Assembly: GCA_964016885.1 (NCBI GenBank)
Contig: OZ024747.1
Coordinates: 7,316,001-7,380,000 of the forward strand
Direction of reading: 5' to 3'
DNA from: Eledone cirrhosa
Taxonomy: Eukaryota
DNA: 64,000 nucleotides
The notes beneath the pieces are model-generated. The model was given only the letters and a program-made list of their open reading frames with translations, did no database searches and was not told where the DNA came from. This document shows, piece by piece, positions 14,055 through 26,051 of this stretch; within the stretch, counting starts at the first letter, position 1, and each line of letters begins with the position of its first letter. The position numbers and the translations under genes were made by a program.

Positions 14055-14530
14055 CGTATATATATATATATATATATGAAAAATGGTCGTTTTGGAAGCC
14101 TCAACAATGCAGATGGGTAAATCTCCAGGTAACAAAACCAGGTGGTATTGAACTGAGAGAGGGAGAAGCAGGAAGAAGCGTAGAGAGCGTAAAAGAACGT
14201 AAGAAAGGTGTAAAAAATAACAAAAGATAGAGTCACCTTGGAAGCGATTTAATTATCCCTATATTTCGGATTTCACATCCATCAACAGGGGGGGGGGTTC
14301 GAGGGGAAAGAGCTGTGTTGGAAAAAGTTGTTGTTGTTTACCATGTACTACAACGACACCATACCAGGTACGTACGTTTCGTATGGCGACTAACTTAATC
14401 AACCTGTACTGATGAAACGGAACCACCTGGTATGAAGTCGTCGTAGTACTGATCTAAATATTTATATTCAAACTCGCCCTGCGGGCTTGAGTTGCTCTAC
14501 ATATTGGATTTCTTTTGCCTATTACTATTA

Positions 14531-14615
<85 letters not shown>

Positions 14616-14616
14616 A

Positions 14617-15048
14617 TAATTCAAAATATTAATAAATATAGGCATTCAACGTAATCAAAATATATTTTATTATATATATTTCGGAGGTACTGTGCTGTTT
14701 TTTCAGTACGTCCTCATCAGATAAAATATATAAATTGATGTATGACATACCTCAACTGTGCTGATGGTTCAATTCCAGTATTGCCAAGACTCGAATTGAA
14801 CCATCAGCACAGTTGAGGTATGTCATACATCAATTTATATATTTTATCTGATGAGGACGTACTGAAAAAATAGCACAGTACCTCCGAAATATATATAATA
14901 AAATATATTTTGATTACGTTGAATGTCTATATTTATTAATATTTTGAATTAATATTAATAACTCCAGAAAACTTCTTTGTTGAGTGCTTCTAATCTATTG
15001 TAAAACTATATTCATTGATTAATCAATGAACCTTGTTTAACTTTTGGT
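14617..15048 (+). mobile_element. PLE-pLTR-like unit, family A: 159-bp inverted repeat (14617-14775 / 14793-14951) plus about 97-nt tail, between (TA)n tracts; relative at 22152-22345 (-)
   Basis: arms differ at only a few positions; contains a hammerhead; the tail (TTGTTGAGTGCTTC.AATCTATTGTAAAA...GAACCTTGTTTAACTTTTG) recurs reverse-complemented at 22152-22233. Confidence 0.65.
14837..14908 (+). ncRNA. Minimal type-I hammerhead ribozyme motif (mirror copy at 14660-14731 on minus)
   Basis: stem I ATATATTTTAT/ATAAAATATAT (11 bp), CTGATGA, stem II GGAcGTACTG/CAGTACcTCC, GAAA, palindromic TATATA, cleavage triplet AUA. Confidence 0.75.
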
Positions 15049-15299
15049 TATATATATATATATATATATAGAAGTGTGCGTGTGTGTACATGTGTGTGTC
15101 ATATATATATATATATATATATATGACACACACATGTACACACACGCACACTTCTCACAATGCTTCTGTTAATTTTCAGTAGCATTCTTGATACGGTAAC
15201 CATGCCAAAATTAATTTACAGTAAGTTTAGTAACACCATCTAAAAACTTAATCTAATTAATTAATTAAAAGGGCTTCGTAAAAAGTAGACTTCGAATTT

Positions 15300-16190
15300 A
15301 TCTATAATCCCCTGTCCGAAATATGTTGAATCAAACTGGTTGTGTCTGGAGAGCAGGACATCCATGTTAAGAAAATGACCTGAAACATTGCTCACAAGAA
15401 ACAAGGTTTCATTTTCAAGATCCTTACCCTGACAATATTCTTTGATAGCCGAGCAGAAACACGAAGTAAACTAATCTTAGAATACTGTTCTGGTGATTCT
15501 TTTTTTTTTTTTTTTTGATCCACGTATAACAGAAAGATCAGATTTTGAGTAACCTTTCATGACTATTGGTGTCTCAAAGTGATAAACAGCCAGTGGCTTG
15601 AGCTTTAGATCTAAGATATTACAACTAATTAGGAGAATCATACGATCTTTAGCAGCCATGTACCTAAATGCAAATTTGTTTTGGCATTCGTTTCCAAACC
15701 AGGGTTATCTCATCTACGTTGGAAATTTTGCAGTAAAGCTGAACTACTAAAACTACTTCTTTGTTAGTATTTGTTATCTGTATGTCATTCAGATGACGCC
15801 TGATAGCCGTATGTTGTGCAAGCTGGAGCGATTCTTGAAACATTCCAACCAATCCGACATGTCACGAAGTTTTCATTTTCAGCAAAAGAACTTTGTTTTT
15901 TTCTTTAGCTCACTAAATGAACTTAATTTCTATGGCGAATATGGAGAGTTATGCTGATGTAAGTCCTCTATCCATGTTTTAAAGTATTTCTATGTTTCCA
16001 TTATGTTGGTTACATTTGTTATTAATTTTGAAGCAGCTAAATATCTTACATTTTTAACACAAACGCTAATTTTATCTACATTACAGCGAATTATTCGTAC
16101 AGTTGTAGGGTGTACACGGGGATTATTCTAATACCTAAAGACATTCTCTGTAAAACTTTTTAGTTTCTGAAGCAGCCTCTACTACTACTC
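15300..16190 (-). mobile_element. Decayed Tigger/pogo (TIGD1-like) DNA transposase relic
   Basis: collinear frameshifted motifs VHPTTVRII..NVDKI, TWIEDLHQ, WLECFKNRSSLHNIRLSG, ISNVDEITLVWKRMP, AAKDRMILLISCN..KLKPLAVYHFETP..MKGYSK, NVSGH, PDTTSLIQ. Confidence 0.85.
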
Positions 16191-17371
16191 AGTTTAAAAC
16201 CATACAGTTAGAAAAACCGACTCGTTTTGAATCTGGCAGACTCAGTAGCTATTGGCCGTTGTACTCTTGTCTTTCTCTGCATTTATGTCTATTTATTTGT
16301 CCCAATTTATTATCTATAAGGCCAATTAAAACGCGATTCGTTATTGTGAACACCGAAAAAGAAATATTTGGCGCTTAGTACGTTAATGTTGAGATTTTAT
16401 ATGGATTATTAAAGGTCAAATATATTTTAGAAGTGTATTACTTTGTAGCTGTTAAATACAATTTCATTCTTTTCTTCCCTTATCTATGTCATATTTCTAT
16501 CTATGTCTTACCTTAAAGAAGTTACATATCCATGAAATTATCGATAGACATTATTATATCTTAACTGACGATCGTGAAATAAAAAAAGTTGAATGATTAG
16601 TATCTTTATTAATCGTTGTTTATTATTCATATTTTGCTGAATTGAAAACCGTAACAGATTACAAAATAAATAAATAAACTGAAACAGAAATTCAGTGTGA
16701 GAGACATACACTGTAGATATTTCGATTTTACAGTATTTGGTTTTATTTTATTTTTCATCAATGTTATTATGAAACGACATTACCTGTTGACTTAATGTCG
16801 TCTGCTGTTTTCTATTGTCTGTCTGTGTTTGTCGTCTATCTGTCGTCTCTCTGTGTTTGTCGTCTGTCTCTCATCTGTCTATCGTCTATCTGTCGTCTGT
16901 CTCTCATCTGTCTATCGTCTGTCTATCGTCTGTCTATCGTCTGTCTCTCATCTGTCTATCGTCTGTCTCTCATCTGTCTATCGTCTGACGTCTATCTGTG
17001 GTCTGTCTCCCATCTGTCTATCGTCTGTCGTATGTCTGTCATCTATCTGTCGTCTCGCTATCTGTCTGTCGTCTCTCTCTGTCTGTCTGTCGTCTCTCTC
17101 TGTCTGTCTGTCGTCTCTCTCTGACTGTCTGTCGTCTTTCTCTCTCTCTCTGTCGTCTCTCTCTATCTATGTGTCGTCTCTCCCCCTCTCTCTCTCTCTC
17201 TGTCCTACTGCCCTATGTATGAAACTGGGTGGAACAGACATAAGAAACGATTATTAGCGTCTTCTTGATCAACAATAAATAGGGGTGTGATTAACAACGG
17301 CTGTTATGTTATTTACTACACAGATGATCGAAAAACAAAAACAGATGAGGGTTTTATTTTTTATATCCACT

Positions 17372-17546
17372 CACCCAGATCTCATATCCATACAGTGAAC
17401 TCGTAGGTTATCTGGCACCAACTTAACATCACCCAGATCTCATGTCCATACAGTGAACTCGTAGGTTATCTGGCACCAACTTAACATCACCCAGATCTCA
17501 TATCCATACAGTGAACTCGTAGGTTATCTGGCACCAACTTAACATC
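17372..17546. repeat. 58-bp tandem repeat x3
   Basis: CACCCAGATCTCATATCCATACAGTGAACTCGTAGGTTATCTGGCACCAACTTAACAT at 17372, 17430 and 17488 (one substitution). Confidence 0.95.
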
Positions 17547-18700
17547 GATTTATTTCACAAATTTCTATTTCCAATTTTGCCGGAGAACATGGGGCCTGAA
17601 GCGTTGCTTATCTTTTCTCTTCGCGGCACACCAACATGACCAGTTTTATGCCTTATCTTTACAACTTTCCATTAATTCATGTCGACGCTAATCCCCATTG
17701 GCATAATCATTATAATGCTTCTCTCTCTCTCACTCTTTTTTTTTTCACCCTTTTCCCCTCTGCCTATCCACCCCGATCTTGCTCTTTAATTGTTTTTCTT
17801 TGTTCACTATATATAGTCAATTTGTTTATCTCTTATTCTCTCTCTCTAATTCTTCGTTCACATCTTTAGCCTCTCTCTTTCTCCCCCCCCCCTCTCTCTC
17901 TCTCTCTCTACCTTATAAGTACGTATACTCACACTGCCTTGAAATACATTTACAAGCTCACACACTTAAATGTCCAATCAACAACACCATTCATCTATCT
18001 ACAAAGATTTCTGTTGTTCTTAACTTTTACCAAAGACTCTAAGCTCCTACTCATCTTAGCAGCTTGTCAAGATTATTGATTTGTAACTTATTTAATTTGG
18101 AAAGAAGTTTTCAAATCATTTATTAACGAAATATTGGTTTCTGAGTTAGACACAAGGCCAACAATTTGGTGAGAGGGAAAAGTCGATTAAATCGACCTAG
18201 TGTATTACTGGTACTTTATTTTATCGACCCCGTAAGGATGAAAAGCAAAGCTAACCTCGACAGGATTTGAACGATACTCTACCGATACGTCAACCCACCG
18301 CCCTCGTTATTAACGAAGTATATATATATACAGGTGCGTGTATGTACGCGCACATGAATACACACACATGGACATATGTATATATTGATACATGTGTATT
18401 TGTGTTTATACAGGCTTAACATACAAAAGACACACCTAAGGTCAATTTGAATTAAAATTTATACATTTTTATAGTTATATGTCAGTTAAGTTTAAATGAT
18501 TTGTTTACATTTGTTTCGAAAACATGTTTGTGCAGCCAAACTGTGTTGAACGAATTTGAATACAAATAAACTTCAATTGGTATTCAAGCTGCGTCTCGAC
18601 TATGAGTCCTTTCTCTCTATGATTTAATTGTCTATGATTTGTTATTGTTAATAGAGTTATACATTTTGGACCTTATATTTATGGATGAACCTTTTATTAA

Positions 18701-18921
18701 CCCTTTAGCATTTACATTACTCTATATTTACTATTATATTTTTATGGTAAACACTTTACCTCACATAATTATCTCACAAAATATCGAATCTACGAGATTT
18801 TGATATTATTTATTTTGAGGACAATACCTTGATGTCGGCATGAGTGGTCGGTTACAGCCAGTTTAAACAGAAAGGGGTGAGAGAATTCTGGACGGATATG
18901 GCCGGTTTAAACGCTAAAGGG
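18701..18921 (+). mobile_element. piggyBac-type MITE
   Basis: TTAA|CCCTTTAGCATTTA ... TAAACGCTAAAGGG|TTAA; homologous to the copies at 57601-58026. Confidence 0.8.
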
Positions 18922-20810
18922 TTAAATATTCACAATTGTACTACGTCCCTATCGGTTTGATCCCTCGTAGTCAGCAGGATAATCGTCTGAAGAATTATAA
19001 TATTTTTCCTTATGATTTCAGTGAAATGATTTGAAGAAATGTTATTTCCATACTGAAGTGTAGGGAGCTCTGAATAGAGGTAGTACTTTTGATGTCTGGT
19101 TGCTGCATTCCTTGGGAGTGGACAGGCTCACCAGTCCTCATCCAGCCCTAAAGCTTGCACTTCTGACTCCTAATGTCACTCCCTGGTAGACCGCTTCAGC
19201 GGGCGAGCTAAACGACATGACGGGTTGATGTCGACAAGACACCACTGGGCAGTTTTGAGAATCGATGGCCAAGACGGACCTGTTTCCTAGAGGAATATCA
19301 ACAGTCACGTGTCCATGACCAGAGCAAACCACCTACTTAGGAAATTTTAGATGTGGTCAAGCCGTCTTTTTGTATATCACTCCGTCTGTTTGTATATTAA
19401 GGATTAAAAGTCCAGTGTAACCTTTTTTTTTTTAAAAAGATGGCAAGGTATGGTTCGAGGTTAATTCAGTTACTATTTCTAGCAGGTTTAGCGAACCACA
19501 CAGAGGCTTTTTCGTTATTACTAATGTGTGTTTTATATGTTAACGTCAAAACTGTTACCTGTATGGGTGTTGTCGGTTAATTTGTTTATGTTGATAATAT
19601 TTCATATTGCATTTCGGTGTATAGAATATGCCTATCTGTTTCTAAATTAGGTGGATGAGATAGTTGTTATCAACGAGCTGTTGTTTAATGCAAGAGAATT
19701 ATGTTGCTAGAATGTTTGATGTGGAACATCATAGAGTGAAAGAACTTTAAAAAAGTGTTATAATGTCTAAATGTTTAATTCGAAATGCGTTTCGTTTATC
19801 TTACTTAAGTACACGCCTCAATTGCAGGGTGGAATATAAATAGAATATATGCGAGTTTATAACAGAATTCCACGTTTAAATCTTGGTATGCGAGTTTGTT
19901 GCTATAGTTGTTATAATTTGGTTCATGAATTACTTAGTTTCTAACATGTTTCACACAATTGCAGTAAGGAGTGAATTTATAGACAACAATAGATAATTTG
20001 GTTTTCTAGTTGGTTTCTATAATAGTTGGCAAATCTTGTTGTATAAGCCCAAGGTCAGCCCTTATAAAGCAGATATAGGTAATTTGCCGAATGACTCAGC
20101 GCGACCCAAAGTTCCAGATATATCATATCTTTGCCCAACTGAGGACCATATTAGAACAATCAGATATGCATTGGTTAATCGTATGGGATGCACTGTTGTT
20201 ATTCTTGTTGTTTCTGCTGTTGTTTCTTTTCAGAGAGAAAAACATTAAAGAGGCAAACAGTGTGTTGCTGGATCTTACGTTGTTGTACTATCAGCTTCTA
20301 AAAACATGTTCAAATTCAGATACCAGATATTGAAAATTGATCTTATCAGCAGTTCTAAATTTTTCAAAATCAAATTGATGCCAGATCTTCACTAAATTCT
20401 TGTTGTGGTGTATCGTATGAACGGTAAATTGCCCGTTGTGTATAGTTTTGTTCAAAATTGTATGAATTTGTTTAGTTTCACACACACAAATCGCATCAAA
20501 TTGTCTTTAAAACAGGATACATTAGGTACCTTAACCAAAGGCTTGAATGCCTTTAATCAGAGATCTACTCGAGTATGGCTGGCAATGGGCCGAACAAAAT
20601 CAATATTAACAGCATTCGTGGTTTTGTGTTGAAAGAAATCAATATTGTTAACAGCTAGAAATCACATATGCATTCCTTTATAGATCACCGATGCATGTTT
20701 CTAAGGTGTATGTATGATGTCAACATGAATGGACCTGTTATTTTTATCTAAAGACATTTTTTCTAATTCCATCCCGCCCGTCCCCTCAATCTATCTTATT
20801 TCTCATTCTT

Positions 20811-20846
20811 TCTTCTGATGAATGACTACCGTCCGAAACGTTAAGA
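20811..20846 (+). ncRNA. Minimal hammerhead ribozyme motif (sister copy at 61956-61985 on minus, truncated inside the core)
   Basis: TCTT-CTGATGA-A-TGAC-tacc-GTCC-GAAA-CG-TT-AAGA; the sister copy has perfect stem II GGAC-tggc-GTCC; palindrome AACGTT. Confidence 0.65.
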
Positions 20847-20930
20847 CCCTCTTCCTGCTATTTCAAGCGTTAACCTAATATATACCTTCCATATACTGTA
20901 CCGATTGTGTTGTTATTTCTGTTTACCTTT

Positions 20931-20976
<46 letters not shown>

Positions 20977-21143
20977 AAAGTTCTATTTAAATTGTTGGGA
21001 TACAACAAGTAAATATTTTTATAACTGATATAAAGCACTCGACAAGTATTTGGAGTAGATATACTATCCTGATGTCCTCCAAAAGTAATGGTCGCATTTT
21101 GAAAGGGTACGTCAATGCTTATTTGTAAAACTGATATATATTG

Positions 21144-21208
21144 TATTTTGTCTGATGAAGGCATACCATAATTTAACTTGGTATCCTTGAAATATGTATA
21201 ATGAAATA
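21144..21208 (+). ncRNA. Minimal hammerhead ribozyme motif (sister copy at 43889-43954 on minus)
   Basis: TATTTTGT-CTGATGA-AGGcATACCA..TGGTATCCTT-GAAA-TATGTA-TA-ATGAAATA; stem I uses G-U pairs; the sister copy keeps the core but has a different stem-II apex. Confidence 0.65.
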
Positions 21209-21246
21209 AATATGGTTTTATAAATATAGTTTCCATTTATTAATAT

Positions 21247-21298
<52 letters not shown>

Positions 21299-21302
<4 letters not shown>

Positions 21303-21489
21303 AGTAAGTAAGACCCCGACGGCTGAGCTCAAGCCGTTTCGACGGCTAATTCTGTACAGAATTAGACGTCGAAACGGCTTGAGCTCAGCCGTCGGGGTCT
21401 TACTTACTCCTATTTCCCACTCTACTACCCTAAGTATTGAGTACTTTGGTGCGTTATGGTCCACCTGGTTCCTTACCACTTTTCCCTCG

Positions 21490-21490
<1 letters not shown>
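21299..21490 (+). mobile_element. PLE-pLTR-like unit, family C: 114-bp palindrome plus tail; other copies at 43646-43822, 23265-23363, 63948-63991
   Basis: GGAGTAAGTAAGACCCCGACGGCTGAGCTCAAGCCGTTTCGAC...GTCGAAACGGCTTGAGCTCAGCCGTCGGGGTCTTACTTACTCC; shared tail CACTCTACTACCCTAAGTATTGAGTAC..TTCCTTACCAC..(TA)n. Confidence 0.7.
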
Positions 21491-21520
<30 letters not shown>

Positions 21521-21525
<5 letters not shown>

Positions 21526-22134
21526 ATACTTTGGGAGGGTCATGTTGCCAATAAGAAACACACGCACCAGTTGCTTTCACTTCAATTTATTATAAATTAA
21601 ATTTATAAATTTAGGAATTTATAAATTTTCCGGTTGGTTGGTTGGTTCCACAACCAGATGATTGTTCATATATTGTCAAAGTTCTTTCGTCACACATTCT
21701 GTGACCTCTTCAGTAACATGTAAATAAACAAATAAATAAACAAATAAATAAACAAATATAAACACACACAGACATCCGGATGTAACACATACGCAAACTA
21801 AGCACACAACACACACAAAAACAAGATGGCGTAGGACAAAACAAAGGAGAGGCACAAAAACAAAGAAAAGAATCCCCAGTCACTGAAGAGGTCACAGAAT
21901 GTGTGACGAAAGAACTTTGACAATATATGAACAATCATCTGGTTGTGGAACCAACCAACCAACCGGAAAATTTATAAATTCCTAAATTTATAAATTTAAT
22001 TTATAATAAATTGAAGTGAAAGCTACTAGTGCGTGTGTTTCTTATTGGCAACATGACCCTCCCAAAGTATAACAATATCGGTTTCAACACACGTTTTCAG
22101 ATAAAGAATCGTGCTAAACAAATTCAGAAACGAA
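21521..22134 (+). mobile_element. PLE-pLTR-like unit, family B: about 195-bp inverted arms plus about 56-nt tail; shorter copies at 42553-42620 and 45506-45743
   Basis: (TA)n-TTGTTATACTTTGGGAGGGTCATGTTGCCAATAAG... mirrored at 21882-22078; tail ends AAACAAATTCAGAAACGAA-(AT)n. Confidence 0.7.
21879..21921 (+). ncRNA. Minimal hammerhead ribozyme motif (mirror copy at 21675-21717 on minus)
   Basis: GTCA-CTGAAGA-G-GTCACA-gaatg-TGTGAC-GAAA-GAAC-TT-TGAC. Confidence 0.65.
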
Positions 22135-23362
22135 ATATATATATATATATATTCAAAAGTTAAACAAGGTTCAAATAATGACTTTTACAATAGATTGGAA
22201 GCACTCAACAAAAATGGTTTTCCAGAGTTATTAATATTAATTCAAAATATTAACAAAATAGATATTCTTGTGATCAAGTATATATGTATAAAAAAATATA
22301 CTTGATCACAAGAATATCTATTTTGTTAATATTTTGAATTAATATATATATATATATATATAATAATTAGAAATTGATTAACATATATATAAACATGAAT
22401 AATCACGGGAGATAATTTTTACAAGTGTGTAACCACACATAGCTAGGTGGGTAACTATGTGTGGTTACACACTTGTAAAAATCATCTCCTGTGATTATTC
22501 ATGTTTATATATATGTTAATCAATTTCTAGTTATTATAAAATGCTCGGACCGACTCGATAGAATCTTTGAGCTTATTTTCCGGGTGATATGGCGCATGCC
22601 GTTCTGGCATGACACCCATGATTTTGATTTAGATTAAATTCATTTAATTTATCTTAATTTTGTATATATATATATATATAATACAATAACAGAGAAAGCC
22701 TTAAGCTATACTCTGACTGGCTTCCGTCTCACTCAACAAACATTAGGATATACCTTAGTATAATCCCAATATTACGTTTGGGGTGCTAACTATATGTATT
22801 TTGCGGAAGGCCAGTTGTATTATTTTATATGAGACATAATTAAAATATATCTCCTTTTCCAAACAATTGTTTCATTATAAGTTTTCTACAAGTTGGGAGA
22901 ATGTGTCCGATATATATATGAAAAACAAGGGGAAGAAGAAAACTGCATGGTTGCACATGGATTACATATTATAAAATTAGTCCCTCATCAGTGATTTTGC
23001 CAACCATCATTGGTATTTCATCGCATTAAAAATCAGATACCTCAGGTTGGTGCGAGCAATAACTAAAATAAGCTATTGGGACAAGTGAAACGCGTAAAGC
23101 GAGTAAGACAAGTAAACAACAGAAGGAAAAGCAAACCGAAGGTTGGAAAATATATATATAAGAACGAGAAGGACCCCAGTCTTTTCGCAAAGAGGTCGAT
23201 TTTTTGCGTGAGCATCCGAAGGTAAAGTTTTCTCGGTGGAACTGGGATGTTCTTTGCGAAAAGACTGGGGTCCTACTCGTTCCTATTACCCACTCTACTA
23301 CCCTAAGTATTGAGTACTTTGGTGCGTTATGGTCCATCTGATTCCTTACCACATTTCCTTCG

Positions 23363-23470
<108 letters not shown>

Positions 23471-23531
23471 CCCAAGGCTCTGATACCATCAACACCATAA
23501 ACACAGAGCTGGCATATCTAAGAACTGACTA

Positions 23532-23587
23532 ACTGCCTGATGAGGTCATAGCCATTCAATGACTATCATCGAAATATATATAGCAGT
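23532..23587 (+). ncRNA. Minimal hammerhead ribozyme motif
   Basis: ACTGC-CTGATGA-GGTcATAG..CTATcATC-GAAA-TATATA-TA-GCAGT; perfect 5-bp stem I. Confidence 0.75.
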
Positions 23588-23628
23588 AAATAAAGGATTA
23601 TGAGTTCATGCAATTGACTTATGTTTCG

Positions 23629-23707
<79 letters not shown>

Positions 23708-24026
23708 GACTTCTACAGGACTAGAGCTGTTTCAATAGAATGAAATCATCAAGAATTGTGATTTCATGGGAATGAAACAGTTCTAGTACTGTAGAAGTCA
23801 TGTTATATATATACTAAAGATACTCTACCCTTTTTAACTGTGGTTATCTCCCGTCACAACTCTACATTATATATATGTATATATATGTGTGTGTGCGTTT
23901 ACTGCTGTTAATATATTTATATATACACAACGCAAACACGCGCCATTTCTCGATAATCTGCTGTTTTTATTTGCGTGACCTCCTCTTTCCTCTATTTCTT
24001 CTTTGTTCTCTCCTACCCCTCCCTAC

Positions 24027-24067
<41 letters not shown>

Positions 24068-24494
24068 GCTCCATCTATTCCACTTTGTCCTTGCTTCTAT
24101 CACTATCGTTCTCTTGTCTTCTTCCTCTCTAACCTTTAGTCCATCCTTCAGTCTTTTGTCTCTCAACCTTGGTAGGTAGCAGACCTCTTTTCTTCAGCTC
24201 CTCAACCTAATTCCCCAGTGTTAATATGCTGCACATATTGCATGCTAAGTCTCGTGTCTATTTATGTATTTATCTGTGTTTATGTTGAAAAACAGCCGTA
24301 AATTTCCTTGTCTTTTTTGTTTGTTTTGTTATCATTTCACAAGCATCTTACCAACAGAGCAGTTCTCCAATCTATTGCGCGGACTGGTATTACAAAAGCA
24401 ATACCACTTTAATGCGCACATAATTGCATGCCGGCTAGGTGGCTGATGAGGTACAGATGCAACAGTCTTAAGTAACTGAGTTCATTTTCTGCTA

Positions 24495-24548
<54 letters not shown>

Positions 24549-25595
24549 AGTATGTAGTCAAGTGAGTGTTTGTTTCTATAGACATGTGCATCGGAAAATG
24601 CGAATGAGTGCTACGTATGCATGTTTCTAAAGTGGAAGTCTATATAAATGTATTTCTAGGATATATGATCCACATTTTTGCAAGAAATTGTGCCAGATCT
24701 CCAGTATGGGGATAACATCCCTTCACCCCACAAGCCCTGAAAAGGTTCATGGGCGTTGCCTTTCCTCTCTCGACTAAGCTATTTAAAACACTGAATAAGT
24801 GTTTCCGTAAATGTGTATGTGCATCTTTGTATCAGTGTGTATGGGTTCAGTAAGTATGTAAGTGAATGTATGTTAAGTGACTGAGTTCGTGGGTGCGCTT
24901 GCTGATGTCTATGTGTGTGTGTGTACGCACGCATACATATGTATGTACAAATTTATGTACGTGTATGTGTGTGAGTGAGTGTGTGTGTGTACGCACGCAT
25001 ACATATGTATGTACAAATTTATGTACGTGTAATGTGTGAGTGAGTGTGTGTGTACGCAAGCACACATGTATGTACAAACTTATGTACGTATGCGTGTGTG
25101 TGTACGCACGCACACACACACACATATATATATATGTACAAATTTATGTATGTGTGTGTGTACATATATTTTTCTACTTTAGTGTGTGTGTGGTTTCAGA
25201 AATTCTATCGCTATAAAAATGCTCTTAAAAGCAGAAACGTGAAAAAGGTTCAAGACTGTCTTCAAATACCGCCACCAAAATACTTTCTGTATCTACGCAC
25301 TAAACCTCTCTACCCCACCACCACCATCATCGCCACCTCCTAATCTTACTCTCCTCTTTCCTCCTTCTCTTTTCTCTGTATATCTAACTTTCTCTGGCGT
25401 TCTCTCTCGTTTTACCTTCTTTATCGTTTTTTCAATTCTTTTCAGTGTTTCTACCTTACATCTTATTAGCACCCTCTTAAACTACGTTCTTCTCCCGTCT
25501 CCTATTCTCTAATTTCCTTTCTCTCATTCCACTTCACCCTCTTTTTTTCCTATCTTTTCATTTTCTTGTTTCGTTCTCAGGTCCTCGTAGCTACC

Positions 25596-25631
<36 letters not shown>

Positions 25632-25996
25632 ATCTGCCACCCACCCCACCATCACTCCATTTGTTCACTCTCTATAGTTATTTAAGTATTTCTTTTCCAA
25701 TGTCATTCCCCTTCTTTCACTTTCTTTTTCTCTTACACTTATATAGCTTATATAACTCTCTTTCTCTCCCCCTCTCTCTCCCCCTCTCTCTCTCTCTACT
25801 TGTTCGGTTGTTTCACCCTCGCTTTCTCTTTTATTTGTCTCTCCAGTTAAGCATCTTTTTTCCCCGCCTGATAATTCTTTTTTTAGTTATTCATTATCCC
25901 ATGTCTCTCTATAGAGTAAGTTCTCTCTATAGAGTAAGTTCTCTCTAACTATCTATCTATTTCTTTCTTTTTTTCACAAACCTCTCTTGTCATTGT

Positions 25997-26051
<55 letters not shown>

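Noticed and set aside
15909-15958. Plus-strand exon-like TTCTTTAG...GAT|GTAAGT (MANMESYAD)
   Set aside because: Lies antisense within the Tigger transposase relic; coincidental
17330-20335. Series of plus-strand exon-like bits (17334, 18414, 19022, 19651, 20234)
   Set aside because: In-frame stops and weak donors; could not assemble a coherent ORF or recognise a protein
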